Below are positions 1-4,140 of a stretch of DNA of 4,140 nt, piece by piece (position 1 is the stretch's first letter; each line of letters opens with the position of its first letter). The stretch spans positions 1 to 4,140 of IMG/VR virus record IMGVR_UViG_2547132218_000005; one strand, 5' to 3'. The stretch is from a virus. Its lineage: Duplodnaviria; Heunggongvirae; Uroviricota; Caudoviricetes. The translations under genes and the position numbers were made by a program. The notes beneath the pieces were generated by a model. The model was not told where the DNA came from. It saw only the letters and a program-made list of their open reading frames with translations, and did not search any database.

Positions 1-20
1 CAGCAAACCGTTTTGCCCGA

Positions 21-36
21 TATGGGAATTCCCATA
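21..36. repeat. 16-bp perfect palindrome TATGGGAATTCCCATA
   Basis: Self-complementary over all 16 positions, lying 11 nt downstream of the small hydrophobic ORF stop. An adjacent imperfect inverted repeat gcaaa-ccgt-tttgc lies at 3..16. Candidate protein-binding site (operator-like) or RNA hairpin. Confidence 0.55.
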
Positions 37-46
37 CGGAATGAAT

Positions 47-151
47 TCAGTTCCCCAGGCGCTCCATCAAAAACACAACCAGGCAGTAAACACCCACAAC
101 AGCAATAACAGCCAGAGCGCCTTCCATTACCAGTGAAATATCATCCGACAT
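47..151 (-). CDS. Small hydrophobic peptide (34 aa, one predicted transmembrane helix); candidate small membrane protein
   Basis: Not in the ORF track (too short). ATG 151..149 is preceded by TCACACCAAGGGAGGGAAT (strong SD, 3-4 nt spacer). My manual translation is MSDDISLVMEGALAVIAVVGVYCLVVFLMERLGN, stop TGA at 49..47. An acidic N-terminus, a ~20-residue hydrophobic stretch and a short polar C-terminus are typical of small phage/prophage membrane peptides and type I toxin-like peptides. The frame is open upstream, but the only other in-frame starts (GTG 196..194, TTG 202..200) lack an SD. Confidence 0.4.
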   Translation of the reverse strand: MSDDISLVMEGALAVIAVVGVYCLVVFLMERLGN

Positions 152-260
152 ATTCCCTCCCTTGGTGTGAATCCCGGCGAACGTTTTTACCCCCACCGAC
201 AAATAACATATACTAGAAAAGCAATAGCTATAGCAACGCCTGCAAATGCATCTGGCCGGC

Positions 261-824
261 TCATTGGTTCTCCCCCTGTGTCGCTTCTACTGCGATCTGA
301 CTGGCGTATTCGTTAATGGTAACGATAAGTTCTTGCTCGGCCTCATCCAGACAACTACCGATACCTCGCCTGTCCACTTCAGAAGCATCGAAATCTGCAC
401 GAAGCCTGGCGACCTTCAGGATTGCGGACAACACCTCATCAGGGATTGCCGGAGAGTTGGTTGACGTTTCCGAGATTATCCGAAAATTATTGGTTGACGA
501 ACCCTTATTTTCCCGAAAGTTTCCAGCCTGAAGCATGGCGGCGCGGTGACACCAGATAATCCAGCCAAGCGCCATATCCCATGCCATGTATTCTCTATCG
601 CCATTTTTTGCTCTGCGGCGATCTACAGATTCCCCGAAACGCTTCTCCATAAATAATTCATAGGCTGCCCGTTCATCCGATACTGATGCCAGTGATGCCA
701 GTGCAATTTTTAATGCGGTAAGCATGTTGTTTTGATCTTCATCGAGTCCGAACGGTATTTCATCCCGTGATGACTCAATTCCGGTAATCGTGTTCTGTAG
801 CCATTCTTTGGTTAATTCAGTCAT
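261..824 (-). CDS. Hypothetical protein (187 aa)
   Basis: ATG 824..822; long open frame with balanced composition. Weak SD (GTAGTGAAAA) and a GC stem-loop 9 nt upstream of the ATG. No family recognised. Stop TGA 263..261. Confidence 0.65.
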   Translation of the reverse strand: MTELTKEWLQNTITGIESSRDEIPFGLDEDQNNMLTALKIALASLASVSDERAAYELFMEKRFGESVDRRRAKNGDREYMAWDMALGWIIWCHRAAMLQAGNFRENKGSSTNNFRIISETSTNSPAIPDEVLSAILKVARLRADFDASEVDRRGIGSCLDEAEQELIVTINEYASQIAVEATQGENQ

Positions 825-833
825 TTTTCACTA

Positions 834-849
834 CCGCCCTTTCGGGCGG
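834..849. other. GC-rich stem-loop (6-bp stem CCGCCC/GGGCGG, 4-nt loop), function unassigned
   Basis: ccgccc-tttc-gggcgg at 834..849. On the minus-strand transcript it reads CCGCCC-GAAA-GGGCGG (GNRA-type loop) and ends 9 nt before the ATG of the 187-aa gene. No U-tract follows on either strand, so it is not a canonical intrinsic terminator. Confidence 0.5.
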
Positions 850-950
850 TCTCCTGATGTTCTGAGGGTGCAGGAATCCCTCCGGTTAAGGATTTAATAA
901 AAATCATTTCTGATTTAAATTTTCAGTGTTTAGTTGTTGGTTTATAGCCT

Positions 951-1262
951 TTATGCTTCGGCCTTATTTCTCAGCCATACACAAACAGGACCATCTTCGG
1001 TGTCATGTATCGAACCGATAAACCATCCCTCACCTTCTGGTCGCTCAGGTTCCCATGCTGAAATATCAGGGCCATCTGCGTCCAGATTAAAATCATCTTC
1101 ATCCATACTACGGATAGCCCACTGAAGATTATTTTTCTCCATCCAGGCGTTAAACTCTTCCGTTGAAATATATTCCCGACCATCACAGAATTTTTCATAT
1201 TCAGGATGCGTCCAGCAGCCATATTCATTACGTTCCACTGGCATTTCTTTAATTACGCTCAT
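951..1262 (-). CDS. Hypothetical acidic protein (103 aa)
   Basis: ATG 1262..1260 preceded by ATAAGGGGGGTAA (SD-like). Acidic, Trp-rich sequence (EYGCWTHPEYEKFCDGREY ... WEPERPEGEGWFIGSIHDTEDGPVCVWL). I do not recognise the family with confidence; resemblance to small phage DUF-type proteins is only a vague impression. The alternative 85-aa ORF at 971..1228 is in another frame of the same region and is less protein-like. Confidence 0.65.
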   Translation of the reverse strand: MSVIKEMPVERNEYGCWTHPEYEKFCDGREYISTEEFNAWMEKNNLQWAIRSMDEDDFNLDADGPDISAWEPERPEGEGWFIGSIHDTEDGPVCVWLRNKAEA

Positions 1263-1447
1263 TTACCCCCCTTATTTAATTTTCTACGACACTTTTTACA
1301 ATCATCTGGACTTTCGAATGTATCCGGCTCACGCTCATTGCCAAAATACATCCACCCACCGCAAATACTTGTTATTTCACCTTCAGCAAAATAATGATGT
1401 TTTTTCGCCATAAGTGACCTTGCCCAGCCCGGATTCGTTTTACTCAC
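1259..1447 (-). CDS. Small Cys/His-containing protein (62 aa), possible metal-binding, GTG start
   Basis: GTG at 1447..1445 is preceded by TCGCAAAGGAGGCAACAA (AAGGAGG about 6 nt upstream), a very good SD. An alternative internal ATG lies at 1411..1409. Contains HH...C(GGW)...C-K-K-C, which could form a small zinc-binding knuckle. Stop TGA 1261..1259 overlaps the next ATG (ATGA). Confidence 0.55.
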   Translation of the reverse strand: MSKTNPGWARSLMAKKHHYFAEGEITSICGGWMYFGNEREPDTFESPDDCKKCRRKLNKGGK

Positions 1448-1800
1448 TTGTTGCCTCCTTTGCGAAGCTCTGCGACTAACTCGTCACATATGTGCGTCAA
1501 AGAGCAAAGTTTGATTGCTGGATGTTCGCGCACCATCTCCACACCCTGCGCCCGCAATTCTGCCAGAAAAGCGTAGGGGTCAGTTTTTTCACTGTGGTAC
1601 ATGGCATCATAGATAATCATTGCAGCGACACCTGCCTGTCCTGCATCTGTGACGGATATATGCTCAAGGGCTACGGCCATTGCGTGTTTCAACCTCTCAT
1701 TTTCCACCTCAAGCACCACACGATTAGCCTCCAGCTCTTCTATGCGTTTTTTTGCTGCTCCCAGCTCAACACGCAGCTCCTGATAGTTAATCTCGCTCAT
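1444..1800 (-). CDS. Hypothetical protein with N-terminal coiled-coil (118 aa)
   Basis: ATG 1800..1798 preceded by GCGGGAGGAAGGAGA (strong SD). N-terminus ELRVELGAAKKRIEELEANRVVLEVENERLKHAMAVALEH has heptad-like charged/hydrophobic periodicity. Architecture is like prophage Ea22-type coiled-coil proteins, but I cannot assert family membership. Stop TGA 1446..1444 overlaps the next start (GTGA). Confidence 0.65.
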   Translation of the reverse strand: MSEINYQELRVELGAAKKRIEELEANRVVLEVENERLKHAMAVALEHISVTDAGQAGVAAMIIYDAMYHSEKTDPYAFLAELRAQGVEMVREHPAIKLCSLTHICDELVAELRKGGNK

Positions 1801-2021
1801 TCTCCTTCCTCCCGCACTGCTGTTTTATATGCCCGAAGCACATGCGATGTTTTTCCTGACACAGTGCTTCTCAGAAAGAAAATTCCACTGGTGTTTATTA
1901 CCAGATACGGGTCAGCAAGACGCAGCATATCCAGTATGTGATTATGTTTTCTTGTTTCCAGCACCGTACTTGAAATAAGCATATGTGACACGGGGCCGAA
2001 ATCATGATATCTGATTTTCAT
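1797..2021 (-). CDS. Hypothetical protein (74 aa)
   Basis: ATG at 2021..2019 preceded by CAGCAGGGTGATGAT (moderate SD), 21 nt downstream of the preceding gene's stop. Its stop TGA (1799..1797) overlaps the next gene's ATG (1800..1798) as ATGA. No recognisable motif; the composition is less protein-like than its neighbours, hence the lower confidence. Confidence 0.45.
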   Translation of the reverse strand: MKIRYHDFGPVSHMLISSTVLETRKHNHILDMLRLADPYLVINTSGIFFLRSTVSGKTSHVLRAYKTAVREEGE

Positions 2022-2042
2022 ATCATCACCCTGCTGTAAAAA

Positions 2043-2753
2043 TTACCCGTTATCTCCTGTCGTTATTTTCTGTATGACATCACGATGCTTATTAATTTCC
2101 CGCAGCGCGGCGCATAAGCGCTCCCACTTCTGAACCTGACCTTTTGCCCGGCGCAGCTCGCGGTTAGCCACATGCAGCGATGGTAAAATCAGACCATCCG
2201 GATGCTTTCTGGTGAACGACGGCTGTGACTGCACTGTGACCGCCACACTTTCCGTTTTTATTTCTTCCTGTGTTTCCGCTTCCCCGACTGGTAACGCAAC
2301 ACCTGCTGGCTGAGGAAAGGCTTTACCATCCGTTTCCGTTATGGATGCGGCTTTCGGCTCTGCCGGTAAATCAGCGCCCGGTATGCAGTACCGAAATTTA
2401 CCGCCCTGATTCACGCGAATCAGACGCCCTTTGCTGATTGCCATGGCCAGTGATGAATTCGCCCGGCGGGAGGTAATCCCGAACATCAGTGCCAGCTCAT
2501 CCGCCGTTTGTGGGCCATGATGTTCAATCGCCTCAGTCAGCATTTGCGCTGTCACTTTCGGTACCGGTGACACTGGTTCACTTTCACCAGTCTGAGTCAG
2601 CCACCACATCGACCCCTTGTTATCCGCTTCACCACGGCGCTTCAGTTTCCACAGTTCGTTGACAGCATCTTCGCGGCTGATTCCAAGGCGCGATGCCACT
2701 ACCTGTGAAGAGGCTTTTTTCAGTGCTTTCAGTGCGTCAAATACGGTTTCCAT
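2043..2753 (-). CDS. Hypothetical DNA-binding-like protein with two winged-helix-like segments separated by an acidic/Pro-rich linker (DUF1627-like, tentative)
   Basis: The track ORF is 2043..2771, but its first codon is TTG with no SD. The first ATG is at 2753..2751 ([13 protein letters not shown]...) and is preceded by GTCGGAGGAAATATTA (GGAGG about 8 nt upstream), so I place the start at 2753. Two segments ([36 protein letters not shown] and [46 protein letters not shown]) have the helix-turn-helix then basic wing pattern typical of winged-helix domains. The DUF1627 label is from memory and unverified. Stop TAA at 2045..2043, 33 nt after the P-like stop. Confidence 0.65.
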   Translation of the reverse strand: METVFDALKALKKASSQVVASRLGISREDAVNELWKLKRRGEADNKGSMWWLTQTGESEPVSPVPKVTAQMLTEAIEHHGPQTADELALMFGITSRRANSSLAMAISKGRLIRVNQGGKFRYCIPGADLPAEPKAASITETDGKAFPQPAGVALPVGEAETQEEIKTESVAVTVQSQPSFTRKHPDGLILPSLHVANRELRRAKGQVQKWERLCAALREINKHRDVIQKITTGDNG

Positions 2754-2786
2754 TAATATTTCCTCCGACAAAATCGTTTCTCAGAT

Positions 2787-3449
2787 TCAAATAAAACCAG
2801 CTGCCTTCCGGCGTTCGTATTCCTGTTTCAGCCGTTCAATTGGCGTTGGCCCTTGCGGGTGTTTCGCCCCTTCCAGTTGTCGTCGCACTGGCGGAACACT
2901 CATCCCGTTACCAACATGCTTTGCCCATTTCGTCAGTTGCCGTTCCGCAAGTCGTTTTAACTCACCTTGCGTCATCTGGCGCTCAATCCCTCTGGTACGC
3001 ATTTCGAGGCAGATGTGGTACAGCACAGGCTGTGGCCACGGGTATTTATCACTCCCGTCGTATCGCCAGGATTCATTGCGCCAGCGCCGGTACTCTTCCA
3101 TCACGGCATCCACCGTAAGACCAAATGGATTTGCCCCACTCTCCGAAATCAGCGCAACAAACTCAGCCAGGTCCGGGGGCCACGTTTCACCCGCCCGGCA
3201 GCGGTCCATGCACTGACGGCACACCAGACGGATTTGCTGTTCAGTCATCGCACCAATCTGGGCAATCCAGAGCTTCGAAGGTGCGGCCCCGTTCTTCTGA
3301 GTCCAGCGGTTCGAATACACCTCCCCCATGAGCTCCCACAGCTTCCAGGCCGTTTCCGTTGCTGATAAATCCGTTGTCACGTTCCCACTGTTCGCGTGCA
3401 GCCCGGATTTCCTGAACTGCCCGTGATGCCGTGCCACCTGATGCTGCAT
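2787..3449 (-). CDS. Replication protein P-like DnaB helicase loader
   Basis: 220-aa ORF. The C-terminal ~150 aa align with lambda P as I recall it (DKYPWPQPVLYHICLEMRTRGIERQMTQGELKRLAERQLTKWAKHVGNGMSVPPVRRQ versus ESYPWKSNAHYWLVTNLYQNMRANALTDAELRRKAADELVHMTARINRGEAIPEPVKQ, and PPDLAEFVALISESGANPFG versus PSPGQFVAWCREEASVTAGLP). ATG at 3449..3447 is preceded by CAGCAAGGGGGGAAGCC (SD-like, ~5 nt spacer). An alternative start is the internal ATG at 3248..3246 (Met68), which sits 2 nt upstream of the initiator stop codon (ATGACTGA) but has a weak SD. Start-site choice is unresolved. Confidence 0.8.
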   Translation of the reverse strand: MQHQVARHHGQFRKSGLHANSGNVTTDLSATETAWKLWELMGEVYSNRWTQKNGAAPSKLWIAQIGAMTEQQIRLVCRQCMDRCRAGETWPPDLAEFVALISESGANPFGLTVDAVMEEYRRWRNESWRYDGSDKYPWPQPVLYHICLEMRTRGIERQMTQGELKRLAERQLTKWAKHVGNGMSVPPVRRQLEGAKHPQGPTPIERLKQEYERRKAAGFI

Positions 3450-4140
3450 GGCTTCCCCCCTTGCTGACTGGTTTTACCTGTGCCCTGACGTGCTGCACGT
3501 GGCGGGCAAATTTCTGCTCCCACTGAACCTGCGTGAAAACCTTCCCCTCCGCCATCCAGTAATCCCGGAATGCGGCAAGCTCAGCAGGTGTAAATTCCGG
3601 CTCAGGCAGAGCCATACCCCACACTGCTGCCCGTTGTCGAAAATCCGGCGACGGCTGCCAGACAGTAGTCATCGAAAATTTCCCGATCGGTTCGCTCAGG
3701 CCGTCCAGGTATTCAGGTTCGGCTGTCTGCAACGGCGCACCATTCGACTCACTGGTCGGAATACTCTCGCGCGCGTTATGTGTGGGGTTTAATTCTGTAT
3801 CTGTATCTTTATCTGTATCTTTATCTGTCGTGACTTGTCGTGACAGATGCGTGACACGTCGTGACTCATCGTGACAATCAGCATTATGTTTCCGCAGCTT
3901 TTCCCGCTCCCGCTGCGCTCTCTTGCGCTCTGCCGGGGATTTTGCCGTTTGCGAAACGTTACCATTGTCCTCTTTCAGCACCTGACGTTTTTCCCATCCG
4001 GAAATAAGGTCACCATCCAGAACCCGCCCCTGCATTGCATGCAAAATTGAATCAATTACGTCTTCCGTCACATCAAGCGCACTTGCTAAATCTTCCGTCG
4101 TGACATCAATGTGACCACGTAGTGACACGCCGTGACATGT
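3241..4140 (-). CDS. Replication initiator (lambda O-like role), 5'-partial, with C-terminal DnaT-like (primosomal protein I) domain
   Basis: ORF track gives 3241..4128, but its first codon is GTG and the frame stays open upstream to the window edge (in-frame codons 4140..4129 read T-C-H-G), so the true start is beyond 4140. The segment IGKFSMTTVWQPSPDFRQRAAVWGMALPEPEFTPAELAAFRDYWMAEGKVFTQVQWEQKFARHVQHVRAQV aligns closely with the C-terminal domain of E. coli DnaT as I recall it ([63 protein letters not shown]). Position directly upstream of a P-like loader gene fits the lambdoid O-P arrangement. The middle of the protein is low-complexity (K/R/E-rich, TDKD repeats) and coincides with the DNA repeats described below. 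Stop TGA at 3243..3241. Confidence 0.8.
   Translation of the reverse strand, partial: TCHGVSLRGHIDVTTEDLASALDVTEDVIDSILHAMQGRVLDGDLISGWEKRQVLKEDNGNVSQTAKSPAERKRAQREREKLRKHNADCHDESRRVTHLSRQVTTDKDTDKDTDTELNPTHNARESIPTSESNGAPLQTAEPEYLDGLSEPIGKFSMTTVWQPSPDFRQRAAVWGMALPEPEFTPAELAAFRDYWMAEGKVFTQVQWEQKFARHVQHVRAQVKPVSKGGSHAASGGTASRAVQEIRAAREQWERDNGFISNGNGLEAVGAHGGGVFEPLDSEERGRTFEALDCPDWCDD
3794..3829. repeat. Tandem hexamer repeat (TCTGTA/TCTTTA) x 6, AT-rich, abutting iteron cluster A
   Basis: tctgta tctgta tcttta tctgta tcttta tctgtc at 3794..3829, about 70% A+T. On the coding (minus) strand it encodes the TDKDTDKDTD segment of the initiator. Confidence 0.8.
3828..3875. repeat. Iteron-like direct repeat cluster A: 5 x (T/G)CGTGAC at 10-11 bp spacing; candidate origin iterons
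   Basis: Units ctgTCGTGAC (3825..3834), ttgTCGTGAC (3835..3844), agatGCGTGAC (3845..3855), acgTCGTGAC (3856..3865), tcaTCGTGAC (3866..3875). GTGAC cores end at 3834, 3844, 3855, 3865, 3875. Because the spacing is not a multiple of 3, the same DNA motif is read in all three frames of the initiator gene (C-H, S-R, V-T, L-S-R, V-T), so the repetition is at the DNA level, not a peptide repeat. Confidence 0.6.
4098..4136. repeat. Iteron-like direct repeat cluster B: 4 x GTGAC at 10-11 bp spacing, may continue beyond the window end
   Basis: ccgTCGTGAC (4095..4104), atcaATGTGAC (4105..4115), cacgtAGTGAC (4116..4126), acgcCGTGAC (4127..4136). Same orientation and core as cluster A; flanking bases are more variable. 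The window ends 4 nt after the last copy. Confidence 0.5.

Noticed and set aside
1-35. Possible start of a further minus-strand gene at ATG 35..33 running off the window
   Set aside because: The ATG lies inside the 16-bp palindrome with no SD upstream, and only 11 codons are visible.
207-236. Candidate sigma70 promoter for the small hydrophobic ORF (minus strand TTGCTA, 18 bp, TATATG)
   Set aside because: The -10 hexamer lacks the conserved final T and the spacer is 18 bp. Too weak to call as a feature without transcript-mapping data.
246-531. Two overlapping plus-strand ORFs (246..464, 316..531)
   Set aside because: Antisense to the better-supported 187-aa minus-strand gene, no SD, and Ser/Arg/Leu-rich composition typical of antisense reading of a real gene.
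834-849. Rho-independent terminator call for the GC stem-loop
   Set aside because: No U-rich tract follows the stem on either strand, so I left it as an unassigned stem-loop.
934-1394. Plus-strand ORFs 934..1125 and 1206..1394, and the minus-strand 85-aa ORF 971..1228
   Set aside because: They overlap the 103-aa and 62-aa minus-strand genes, which have SDs and overlapping start/stop codons with their neighbours. The alternatives have no RBS and low-complexity Ser/Leu-rich products.
1492-1941. Plus-strand 149-aa ORF
   Set aside because: Entirely antisense to the 118-aa and 74-aa genes. Cys/His/Phe-rich product with no motif and no SD.
2225-2240. Pair of GTGAC motifs 11 bp apart inside the DUF1627-like gene (possible extra initiator site)
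   Set aside because: Only two copies, and scattered single GTGAC copies occur elsewhere in the window. Not distinguishable from chance.
2617-3365. Plus-strand ORFs 2617..3216, 2840..3118, 2967..3365, 3125..3331
   Set aside because: Antisense to the P-like and DUF1627-like genes, which have homology support. Products are Ser/Arg/Pro-rich, as expected from the wrong strand of real coding DNA.
3448-3792. Plus-strand 114-aa ORF
   Set aside because: Antisense to the DnaT-like domain coding region, which has clear homology. No RBS.
3828-4136. CRISPR-array interpretation of the GTGAC repeats
   Set aside because: Repeat units are only 5-7 bp with 3-6 bp between them; CRISPR repeats are about 24-48 bp with spacers of similar length. 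The pattern fits iterons, not CRISPR.
1-4140. DnaA boxes, tRNA/rRNA genes, IS elements or transposase
   Set aside because: No TTATCCACA-like 9-mers, no tRNA-like structures in the short intergenic gaps, and no transposase-like ORF or terminal inverted repeats were seen.

Overview
All coding capacity I can support lies on the minus strand, and the gene order and protein similarities indicate the early-right (replication plus nin-like accessory) region of a lambdoid enterobacterial phage or prophage. Reading in the direction of transcription (high to low coordinate): a 5'-truncated replication initiator whose C-terminal half resembles DnaT (3241..4140), a lambda-P-like helicase loader (2787..3449), a ~236-aa protein with two winged-helix-like segments (2043..2753), four small overlapping genes (1259..2021 plus 951..1262), a 126-bp AT-rich spacer ending in a GC stem-loop, a 187-aa unknown protein (261..824), and a 34-codon hydrophobic ORF absent from the ORF track (47..151). 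The most striking sequence-level signal is nine direct GTGAC repeats at about one helical turn spacing in two clusters inside the initiator gene, next to an AT-rich hexamer repeat. I read this as the phage replication origin embedded in its initiator gene, as in lambda. No rRNA, tRNA, CRISPR array, transposase or IS ends were seen. Family assignments rest on my recall of lambda P and E. coli DnaT sequences and on reading the six-frame track; no database search was run.
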